DNA of 64,000 bases from Squalus acanthias (Eukaryota). Location: the NCBI GenBank assembly GCA_030390025.1, contig CM059431.1, positions 134,542,001 through 134,606,000 of the forward strand, in the 5' to 3' direction. Below are positions 1 to 10,413 of the stretch, one piece after another (the first letter of the stretch is position 1; every line of letters begins with the position of its first letter). Below the pieces are notes generated by a model that saw only the letters and a program-made list of their open reading frames with translations, was not told where the DNA came from and ran no database searches. The position numbers were made by a program, and so were the translations under genes.

Positions 1-324
1 CATGCAGAAGTATCATCAGGATTTATGATAAGTCAAATGTAATCATAAATTTTTAAGATGCTTTGGAAATGAATTCCACACTCTGTCTATTTTTACTTGA
101 AAGCCATAATTATTTAAGTATATGTTCTTTTACCTATATATTTGCTTTTTTAAGTATCTTAATTTTTGAACCCAGAAGGTTGTGGACAACATACAGCAGA
201 TTGGAGGTGGTATGATATTTTTGCTCAGTGGCAGCACGTTGCGGAAGCACTGGCGATGGATGTTTAGTATATGCCAGAACTGTAAAGGTAAGGTTCCTGA
301 GGCGTGCACGTACTGGGACATCGT

Positions 325-538
325 GTCAGTCTTGTGCTCCAGCTCTAGCCAAGCTGTTCCAGTACAGCTACAACACTGGCATCTATCCGACAATGTGGAA
401 AACTGCCCAGGTATGTCCTGTCCACAAAAAGCAGGACAAATCCAATCCGGCCAATTACCGCCCCATCAGTCTACTCTCAATCATCAGCAAAGTGATGGAA
501 GGTCTCACCAACAGTGCTATCAAGCAGCACTTACTCCC
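325..538 (+). mobile_element. Non-LTR retrotransposon (CR1/L2 group) RT fragment, 5' piece
   Basis: CAPALAKLFQYSYNTGIYPTMWKTAQVCPVHKKQDKSNPANYRPISLLS; interrupted by an LTR at 539. Confidence 0.85.
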
Positions 539-1525
539 TGTAGCCAGTTCCTGCAGCAAGATCGCATTCAACTTAAATAATACCAACATTAAAGGCTCAA
601 ACGGCTGGACTGCAAAGGCAGTTTTGTGAAATTGACCAATCATAACAAACTGACCAAACTTCGTATCCCAGCATAACATGAGGAACCAACGAGACTTTTA
701 AAAGGAATTTGTAATAAACGCTCTGGATTAAACAGCATAAGAACCACAGACACGACTCTTTTACTTCATGAATATGCTAACCAAGGAAGTGGCTGGAACA
801 ATCAAACACACAACGGCATGTGTTTGTGTAAATTCAACTGACTATCCTGTCCAGCGAAACTCCTTGGTCCAGCTGTTAACCAGACCTACAATTGGTTCCA
901 CCGAGTCTGGAACGGCTCCCTCATCTTTTGGAAATGTTAATGCCAGGATTGTCGTTGGATTGAAACCCTTTCACTAATCTTTCAAACTGCTGATAAGCAA
1001 GGAAGTGTCTAATCAAGACATTTCTGTGTGTGATAATGGTCGAACATCAAACAGGATGAAGACATTTCTTTGCGTATTGTATGGTTTGAAATCGAACAGA
1101 ATGACAGAAAGACGAGATTAAGATGGTACAATCAAAAGGGGAAGGGTTTGCGTCAATCTATTGTCACGGGTTTTGATCTTTTGTATTATAAAAGGGTGTG
1201 TTTAGAAACAGAGGGGTGCAACTTGCAAGAAAACTGCGGACGGATTTGATCACCCGTACAGATGGAAACATATTCCTCCACATGATCGCCGGGGTGAGTG
1301 GTGTTTGAAATTAAAGAGTTAAGGGGAACAGTGTATGTTCGTATTGTTTGGAGTTATAAGGGAACAGTGCATTGACGTTTGTATGTTATTCGTAGTACAA
1401 TAAATAGTTAAAAGCATACTGAGTTGTACTGAGTTTGTGAGCCTTGACCATTTTACTCCACCCGGAATGGGTTCAAGTGAGATTCTGGAATTATAAGACA
1501 GGAGGTGCGGGTTCACCTACCTACA
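539..1525 (+). mobile_element. 5' LTR of an LTR retroelement (Gypsy- or ERV-like)
   Basis: TGTAG...CTACA inverted termini, TATA-like tattataaaa ~1185, AATAAA ~1399, followed by a PBS. Confidence 0.8.
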
Positions 1526-1532
1526 GATTAAA

Positions 1533-1550
1533 TGGTGCCCGAACAGGGAC
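1533..1550 (+). promoter_or_regulatory. Primer-binding site complementary to tRNA-Lys(UUU)
   Basis: TGGTGCCCGAACAGGGAC(TTG), 1 mismatch to the canonical TGGCGCCCGAACAGGGAC. Confidence 0.85.
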
Positions 1551-1555
1551 TTGGT

Positions 1556-2174
1556 ATGGGAAAAATGGAAGATAGGGTAGAGCAGTATTTGGGTAAGAAA
1601 TTACCTTTGAAAGAGGGATGGGTACGAGTCATTGTGGCTGCGTCTGATCCTCTAATAGAAGCTGAGGAATGGGAGAAAACTCCTTGGCCAAGAGAATCCA
1701 AAGTGGGTATGCCGTGTGCGGTTGTTATCATATAGGTGAAAAACGCAACAGATCGTGCAGAAAAATCAGCAATATGAAGAAAGTTTGCAGGAAAAGGATG
1801 AAAGGCTGCAGGAAAAAGATGCAGCAATAGCGAGATTGATGAAAGAATTGTCGGAGGCTAGACAGGAGAGAGAAGAAGAAAGGAAAAAGATGGAGACAAG
1901 GTGCAGCTACCTAGAAGTACAGGCAGTTGATTTGCAAAACCAGTACGGACAATTGCGGGAAGAAGTGGATAGTGAACGGGAAGAAAATAGTCAAGTGTCT
2001 CAGGAGTGTAGTAACTTAAAGGCGGCATTCTGGGTCATGCAAGAGCAGCAAAAGGAACTCGAAACGGGTGCTGATCATTCAGCATGCGAGGAAGAAATCG
2101 AACGGCTCCAGCACAAGCTACAGAGACATCGAGGTATAGTCTGGCAGGGGCCGTGGAGGAAGGGAATGCGTTAG
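1556..2174 (+). pseudogene. Disrupted gag-like N-terminal ORF with coiled coil
   Basis: Starts directly after the PBS; E/K/Q-rich coiled-coil segment 1755-2174; stop and frame change between 1735 and 1755. Confidence 0.55.
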
Positions 2175-2235
2175 ACACGTGGTGGACGAAGGCAGAAAAG
2201 CAAATTGTGGAGGGTGAAGAGAAGGTGGTGGTAGG

Positions 2236-3153
2236 TCAGAAATAGGGATGTTCGCTGATGACTGCACAGTGTTCAGCGCCATCCACAACTCCTCAGATAA
2301 TGAAGCAGTCTATGCCCGCATGCAACAAGACCAGGATGACATTCAGGCTTGGGCTGATAAGTGGCAGGTAACATTCGTGCCACACAAATGCCAGGCAATG
2401 ACTATCTCCAACAAACGAGAGTCTAACCACTGCCCCTTGACATTCAACGGCATTACAATCGCCGAATCCCCCACCATCAACATCCTGGGGGGTCACCATT
2501 GACCAGAAATCTAACTGGAGCAACCACATAAATACTGTGGCAACAAGAGCAGGTCAGAGGCTGGGTATTCTGTGGGGAGTGTCTCACCTCCTGACTCTCC
2601 AAAGCCTTTCCACCATCTACAAGGCACAAGTAAGGAGTGTGATGGAATACTCTCCACTTGCCTGGATGAGTGCAGCTCCAACAACAATCAAGAAGCTCGA
2701 CACCATCCAGGACAAAGCAGCCCGCTTGATTGGCACCCCATCCACCACCTTAAACATTCACTCCCTCCACCACCAGCGTACCGTGGCTGCAGTGTATACC
2801 ATCTACAAGATGCACTGCAGCAACTCGCCAAGGCTTCTTCGGCAGCACCTCCCAAAACCGCGACCTCTTCCACCTAGAAGGAGAAGGGCAGCAGGCGCAT
2901 GGGAACACCACCACCTCCAAGTTCCCCTCCAAGTCACACACCATCTGAATTGGAAATATATTGCCATTCCTTCATCGTTGCTGGGTCAAAATCCTGGAAC
3001 TCCCTCCCTACCAGCACTGTGGGAGTACCTTCAGCACACGGACTGCAGCCGTTCAAGAAGGCGGCTCACCACCACCTTCTCAAGGGCAGTTAGGGATGGG
3101 CAATAAATGCTGGCCTTGCTAGCGACGCCCACATCCCAGGAATGAATAAAAAA
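2236..3153 (+). mobile_element. Non-LTR retrotransposon (CR1/L2 group) 3' piece
   Basis: MFADD RT motif, YKAQVRSVMEYSPLAW, 3' end ...cccaggaatgaataaaaaaa. Confidence 0.88.
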
Positions 3154-3463
3154 AGGTATGACAGTATAGGGGATGAGGTAAGGACTGGATCTGGGAGCGT
3201 TTGGGGAAGGAGACAGTGGATCTGAGGACACTGGACAGGGGCTTCCAAAGTCGGGGAGCATTCAGAAGGACATCATGCGGTCTGACAGAACTAATGAATT
3301 GGATACCAGAGTCTGGGAGCACATGTGAAAAGGAATTCCTGGGCCCACTGAGGGAGGTTGAAATCTGGCAGCAGTACTGGAGACTGGGATCTGGCATCAT
3401 TGCGGGGGGGTGGGTGTGGGGGAAGAAATTACTGGGGGAAAAATTGATAACTCTCCAACTTAC

Positions 3464-3622
3464 CAGATTAGCCATCACAATAGTGTCCATCATAACAGGG
3501 TTATGCTTCATGCCCAGGGTGAACTGTAATCCTCTGGGAGGTTGGCCAGTAGTGACATCAAAGCAGTGCCCTTCAAGTAGTATGTACTCCAGTTCGTATT
3601 CTGCTGACACAATTCCTTCAAC
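3464..3622 (-). CDS. UGGT2: UGGT internal coding exon (last in window)
   Basis: tag|GTTGAAG...AATCTG|gtaagt; 159 nt; VEGIVSAEYELEYILLEGHCFDVTTGQPPRGLQFTLGMKHNPVMMDTIVMANL, a hallmark UGGT sequence. Confidence 0.95.
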
Positions 3623-4319
3623 CTATCGGAATAGTCAGAACCAGTAAAATTAAATATAGAATTTACTTTTGTAAGCTTCAATTATATTCACCTCCACAAG
3701 GAGGCATACTACCATAAAGTTGCATTCACCAAGTAGGGCATCAGTTCTGGTATCATCATAAATACATTATTTGTGATATTTTGAAATATTGAGATTGCTA
3801 AACTTCTAACACAAAGCCTTATTATAATGCTTCCAATTGTTGATACCCTTCAGAGGACAAAAGGACTGTGAGGTTTTGTGATGCATGTATAATTCCTCTA
3901 TTCATGAAAACAATATTTATTTTATTTATGTTTCTTTCTACGGTCTGAAAGGAGTGACGAGTAAATTATCCCTGTTTAACTGTTCATACATTAACTTTGC
4001 TGTGCATCATATCTCTCAACAGGCAAACTTCAAAATCAGGGACTCTTTATTTTATATAGCATCATGGAAATTTAAATAACCTAACATTTTCATTCACATT
4101 ATTATTTGTGTTTCCAATATGTTTAATGCACCATTAAGCTTTCCATAAAGAGTTCAAGCTCAGAAAGCAAAAACAGATAACAAAATAATTTTAAAACAAA
4201 CACTTGCTGATTATTTTCCCAGTCATTTTACAAAAGGGGCTAGTGCAGCAACAAAACTCCCAATCCATCCCCAATCTGCTGGCCTCTCTGTTGAAACATT
4301 CTCGGTTGCGGGGGATGGG

Positions 4320-7080
4320 AGCCATTGTAGGTCAGTGAGCACAGGGGTGATGGGTGAATGGGACTTGGTGTGAGTTAGGTCACAGGCAGCAGAGTTTTAG
4401 ATGATATCAGGTTTATGTAGGGTAGAAAGTGGGAGGCTGCCAGGAGTGCGTTGGAATAGTCAAGTCTAGAGGTAACAAAGGCACGGACGAGGGTTTCAGC
4501 AGCAGATGAGCTGAGGCAGGGCGCAGTCGGGCAATGTTCCAGAACTGGTAATGGGCGGTCTTAGTGATGGCGCGCATATGTGGTCGGAAGTTCATCTCGG
4601 GGTCAAATATGACACCAAAGTTGCGAACAGTCTGGTTCAGCCTCAGACAGCTGCCAGGGAGAGGGATGGAGTTTGTGGCAGGGACTCAAGACAATGGCTT
4701 TGGTCTTCCAAATATTTAGTTGGAGGAAATTTCTGCTCATCCAATACTGGATGCCGAACAAGTAGTCTGACAATTTAGAGACAGTGAAGGGGTTGGGAGA
4801 AGTGGTGGTGAGGTAGAGCTGGGTGTCTTTAGCATACATGTGGAAACTGACGTTGTGTTTTTGGATGATGTCGCCGAGAGGCAGCATGTAGATGAGAAAT
4901 GGGGGCGGGTGGGGGGGGGGGGGTTGCAAGGATAGATCCTTGGGGGACACCAGAGGTAACAGTGCGGGAGCGGGAAGAGACGCCATTGCAGGTGATTCTC
5001 TGGCTACAATTAGATAGATATGAATGGAACCAGGCGAGTGCAGTCCCACCCAGCTGGACAACGGTGGAGAGGCATTGGAGGAAGATGGTGTGGTTAACCG
5101 CGTCAAAGGCTGCAGACAGGTCGAGAAGGACAAGGAAGGATAGTTTACCATGGTCACAGTCACATTGGATGTCATTTGTGACTTTGATAAGAGCCGTTTC
5201 GGAACTGTGACTGGGGCAGTAAGTTGATTGGAGGGATTCAAACATGGAGTTCCGGGAAAGTTGGGCTCGGATTTGGGAGGTGATGGTACATTCAAGGACT
5301 TGAGAGGAAAGGGAGGTTGGAGATGGGGCGCTCGTTTGCAAGGATGGCGGGGTCAAGGGTTGTTTTTTTGAGGAGAGGTGTGATGACGGGAGATTTAAAG
5401 GAGAGGGGGACAGTACCTGAGGAGAGAGAACCATTAACAATATCAGCTAACATGGGAGCCAGGAAGGGAAGTTGGGTGGTCAGCAATTTAGTGGGAATAG
5501 GGTCAAGCGAGCAGGAAGTGGGTCTCATGGACAAGATGAGCACGGAGAGGGCATGAGGGGAGATAGGAGAGAAATTAGAGAAAGATGTGAGTTCAGGGCT
5601 AGGGCAGGGAGGGAAGTAGCAGAGGCAGTTGATCGGATGGTCGCAATCTTAGCGATAAAGAAGTCCATGAGCTCCTCACACTTGTTGGAAGTGAGGGTGG
5701 AGGAGGCAGGGGAGAGGGGTTTAAGAAGGGGGTTTGCAGTCGAGAAAAGAAGCCGAAGGTTATCTTTGCATTCAAGGATGATCCTGGATTAGTGAGCAGT
5801 TTTGGCAAACGAGAGCAGGGCCCGTTAGTGCTTAATGTGGTCCAGCCAGATCTGACGGTGAATGGCTAAACCAGTTGTCCAACAAATCCGTTCAAGTCTG
5901 CGTCCCTTGGACTTAAGGGAGCGGAAATGAGGGCCGTACCAGGGGGAATGGCCAGGGTGCGAGAGCAATAGTTTTAGTGGCAACTAGGACATCAAAGGTG
6001 GAGGTGGGGGTGTGGTTGAACAGATCAGTAGTTGCAGAAATGTTGTGGTGATTGGAGGGCCAAAGGCTAGACAGTTGGGATTTTGAAAGTGCAGTTGTAA
6101 GCGAATTGGGAGAGTTTTTTCTGGGGGCGGACACAGAAGGAAGTAGTGTTGGGAGGGACGGGGGATGTGGGTGGAGAGCAATACAAGAAAGTGATCAAAG
6201 AGATGGCCTTATCTGTGATTGACACGATGGGAGTAGCGAGGCCATGTGAGATGGCAAGGTCAAGGGTGAATATGGGTAGGGGAGTTTACATGGAGGGATA
6301 GATTAAGGGAGGATAGGAGGGCAGTGAACTCAGAGAAGAGAGTGCATGATGAATTGAGAGGGAGGTTGAAATCACCAAGGATGCTCGGTGCAGAGGCTGA
6401 GGGAGGAAAGCAGTGAAGATACCTCGGTGGGAACATTTTTATGGTGCTTGGGTGTGAGGTAGAGAACGAGGATTTTAAATGAAAGGTGAGGGAGTGGAAC
6501 AAGGTGAGATGCTCAAAGAAGGATAAAGTTCCAGAGGAGTAGGGGGACAGAGAATTTGTTTTATTGCCTAATCTATTACTTTAAAAATGCCAGTTAATAA
6601 CCAAATAACTGTCTCTTATTGAATTGCCCTTGGAAATTGGTGTGATTTAGTGATAAGAGCCACACCACCACCACAACGGTCTGGGCGGGGCAAGTGGTGG
6701 AAGGAATAGCCAGGCGGGGAGGCTTCATTTAGGGGTGAGGTGTCATCACCCCTCAGCCAGGTTTCCGTCAAGGCCATGATGTTGATGCAATCACCCACAA
6801 TAAGCTCATGGATGGCAAGGGCCTTGTTCACAAGTGAATGGACATTCTGGAGGGAGGTGCGGAGAGGGGCGGTGATAGCTGAACTGCTGGCAAAGTCCAC
6901 ATGGTCAGCACTGGGAGGGGTGAGTTGGACGGGGAGGAGATTGGCAAGACTAGCCCCCAGCGGGTGCGCTGGGCGGGATGGCCAGCGAGAGAGTAGGATG
7001 GGGCAGTTGGGGTTGCTGCTCCTAAGGAGGCAGTGACGAGTGCCTCGATGGGTCCTTCGTAGGATGCCAAGCGAGGCACA
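4320..7080 (-). mobile_element. Degenerate L2-clade LINE (APE endonuclease + RT)
   Basis: LQNVHSLVNK...MALTETWL (APE), [27 protein letters not shown]; multiple frameshifts; boundaries approximate. Confidence 0.88.
6550..6641. repeat. 92-bp perfect inverted copy of 8349-8440
   Basis: Base-by-base reverse complement of 8349-8440, embedded in the L2 element. Confidence 0.95.
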
Positions 7081-8723
7081 GAGGGAAACTGTGGGCTTAT
7101 CTAAGATGAAGTTAAGCCTGGGATGGCGGCAGGAGAGTAGGAAGGTTGAAGAATTGGGGTAGGGATTTGGGAGGGCAGAGTACTCGAGAGGGGAGAAATG
7201 AAAGGAGGCATGACAACAGCAGAGAGGGGTTTAGGAGGGATAGAGAGAAAAGAAGTTAAAAAAAGGGGAGAAAAAAGCGGAAATAGAAGTGATGGGCTCG
7301 TGTCCGGAGTGGCAGCCAAAATGCACACGCGAATGGACACGGGGAAAACTCAAGTTACATAGCCCTGGTTACGAACCAATTATTAGGATACATATATCCT
7401 GGTAGTAACAGGGAATAGATAGGAGACAATAGGAGGGAGTCCAGGGTTGAAGTCAGAGGTCCTGTGGTGGGATAAAGTTGACGTAGGTAGGGTGGAGTCG
7501 GTATGCCATGGAGCATCAACAAACTGTTGTCCAAGTTCGGAGACAGGTGTAGCAGGCGCGTGAAATCCAGAAGCTATTTGAAGGGTAGAGATTGGAGGAT
7601 GGAGGTATTTCCGTGGGAATAAAGATCCAGGAGATGTGCAGAATCAATTGCGGGGCAGAAAGATGATGGCGAAGTTGGAGGTCACCATAAGATCCAGAAG
7701 CTGCGGAGAAATGTACTTTTGCCCAGGAGAGTGAAATGCTAGTCAGGAACCAGGCTGTAGCAAAACCTGAAAAACCAGTAGAACCAGTCACAGGCTCAGC
7801 AAGGAACAGTAGTCATGGGGGAAGGGCTCTAAGCTGATCAAAGTTACTTTAAAATTTAAGCACAGAGCAGCAGATCAGAGACACGGCAGATGAGTCTTAC
7901 AGTGTAATTCAGTGCAGAAGTGTAGTCTTGGTGTCCAGAGAAGTCCAGGAAATTGAAAGCCAAATGTGAGAAGAGATCCAGAAGCTCAATGAGAGAAGCA
8001 GCAAGCAGACATGGTTGGGGGTGGGCAGTGGCGGTTTAAACTAGCAGTTAACTTCTAGTTAGGGCTAAAATGCACCCACTATAAGAGCCAGCGGAACTTA
8101 AACAGTGGAAGAGAGGAGATTGGGAGAGAAAGGGCAAAGGATGGCAGCCGATGGCCAAGGATAGAGGTGCACAATGAGGAGCTCCCTAGGGAGCAGAATG
8201 CCCAGGAGACATTTTGACAAACATCAGAACTTCAATTATTTTAAAATTCTAAGTTGGTCAAAACTATCGGGCTTTTTTTTAAAAGGTTATTGAGATAATG
8301 TGTAACTTTTTGCAGAGGCACCAATGAGACACAGACAGTTCCAAGTCTACCAATTTCCAAGGGCAATTCAATAAGAGACAGTTATTTGGTTATTAACTGG
8401 CATTTTTAAAGTAATAGATTAGGCAATAAAACAAATTCTCACTCCTGCCAGAACTTCCAGTGAAGTAAAAGAAAGGAAAAGAAGAAATTAAAACATCTGA
8501 AAGACTACCTAAAAGTTGACTTTTAATTGGTGCTGAGGTCCTGTATACAATGCAAATTAATGTTTTGGTGGTTTATATTAACAAGGATGTTTGCAATTAT
8601 TTCCAAGTACATAAAGCAATAATCGCAATCAGCAAATTACTTGTTAAAGCAAATCCCCCATCATGCAAACTACCTTGCAGCACAATTTTATAATTTTATT
8701 TCAGTCCCTGAAAAGACACTTAC

Positions 8724-8913
8724 TTCTTCTAAGTGAATATTGTCCAAGTCATATGAGCTGTGTAAAGATTCTACCAACCAACTTTCAGGTGTAATCATGT
8801 TTAGGGTAAACAAGGGCATTTCTGGCATTTCAAGAAATTTGGCTACAGGTCCTGTTGATAAATAGTTGTCAGCTGTGAAGACCAGTTCAGGCTCCAGCAC
8901 AAAACGGTAAAAG
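8724..8913 (-). CDS. UGGT2: UGGT internal coding exon
   Basis: cag|CTTTTAC...GAAGAA|gtaagt; 190 nt; FYRFVLEPELVFTADNYLSTGPVAKFLEMPEMPLFTLNMITPESWLVESLHSSYDLDNIHLEE; FYRFVLEPEL, NMITPE and DNIHL fit UGGT2 better than UGGT1 (from memory of the paralogues). Confidence 0.93.
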
Positions 8914-9831
8914 CTGTGGGCAGAATACAGTAGATTGAGTTTCTGTGCACTGTCGACAGTCAAAAACTATTCATGCACCTTGTAAAAAAAACCTAAAATG
9001 CAAGTGGCACATCTTTGCAAATATACTGTGTTGAAAATGTAAGCCTAATAAGTACCATCTACCTAAGTGTTTATGTTCAGCTAAAAATCACCTACTCACA
9101 CTTTATGGGATTGATAATGAGCTTCCTGTCGTTTAAAGCACAGCTCACTGTAAATCACAGCGCAACTTATTATGCACTACAATCAAATGCCCCCTTTCTG
9201 ATACAAATCTTATGAGCAGGAGTTGGCATGAACTGGGGACTGAGCATGAATCAATCAAAACCAAACAAAATCATAGAATCCTCGAATGGTAACAGCACAG
9301 AAGGAGGCCATTCAGCCCGTCGAGCCTGTGCCGGCTCTCTGCAAGAGCACTTCAGCTAGACCCACTCCCCCGCCCTTTCCCTGTAGTCCCTTTTGAAAGC
9401 CACGATTGAGTTTGCCTCCACCACCCTCTCGCTGCGTAAAAAATCATTTCCTCATGTTGCCTTTGGTTCTTTTGCCAATCACCTTAAATCTATGTCCTCT
9501 GGTTCTCGACCCTTCCGCCAATGGAAATAGTTTTTCTCTATTTACTCTGTCTAGACCCCTCATGATTTTGAATACCACTATCAAATCTCCTCTCAACCGT
9601 TTCTGCTCTAAGGAGAACAACCCCAGCTTCTCTAGTCTATCCACGTAACTGAAGTCCCTCATCCCTGGAATCATTCTCGTAAATCTTTTCTGCACCCTCT
9701 CTAAGGCCTTCACATCCTTCCTAAAGTGCGGTGCCCAGAATTGGATACAATACTCCAGTTGAGGCCGAACCAGTGTTTTATACAGGTTCATCATAACTTC
9801 CTTGCTTTTGTACTCTATGCCTCTCTTAATG

Positions 9832-10413
9832 AAATTGAGAGGTCGCACAACACCAGGTTATAGTCCAACAGTTTTATTTGAAATCACAAGCTTTCGGAGC
9901 TATCGCTCCTTCCTCAGGTGAAGTAAATTGGATACAGAATCGCCAGAGCATATATAGATGGAAAAAAAAGCATGTGTACTTTACAATTGCAGACCAATAA
10001 ATTAAATCATCCTGACTATCTGCCGAGGTGTGATAAAGTTAATTAAGTCAGCCAGGAAGGTACCACATCAAAAGACATAGCAAGATACAACTGAGACAAT
10101 GAGGTGTAGTCGCAGGGGTTCTAACGTGTCAAAAGCTGCCGTCTGTATGTAAAACGAAAAGCTTTTAAAAAAAATTTACTTTTTTACTGGGAAAATTTTT
10201 ACTTTTTTACTGGGAATCACATCTGTGAACAAGCTAACGACGACTCGAGTCCGGATCACGTCATGTATCGTGACATAAACCCAAGATCCCGATTGAGACC
10301 GTCTTCATGAGTGCGGAACTTGGCTATCAGTTTCTGCTCGATGATTTTGCGTTGTCGTGTGTTTCTAAGGTTGCCTTGGAGAACGCTTACCCGCAGATCC
10401 GAGGCTGAATGTC
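9832..10413 (-). repeat. 3' pseudo-LTR of the Penelope-like element
   Basis: 582-bp direct repeat of 12970-13551 (offset 3138); only one mismatch noticed (10112 g vs 13250 a). Confidence 0.95.
9884..9921 (-). ncRNA. Minimal type I hammerhead ribozyme motif
   Basis: Minus strand TCAC-CTGAGGA-A-GGAGC gata GCTCC-GAAA-GC-TT-GTGA: core boxes, stem I, stem II and palindromic AAGCTT stem III. Confidence 0.82.

Noticed and set aside
130..200. Possible further UGGT exon (VQKLRYLKKQIYR followed by gtaaaa)
   Set aside because: No convincing UGGT similarity, and the expected next exon (GYFQLKANPG...) was not found in 1-3463.
3119..3463. C-terminal extension of the 163-aa UGGT-like ORF
   Set aside because: Similarity stops at a canonical gtaagt donor at 3463; the rest is intron read-through.
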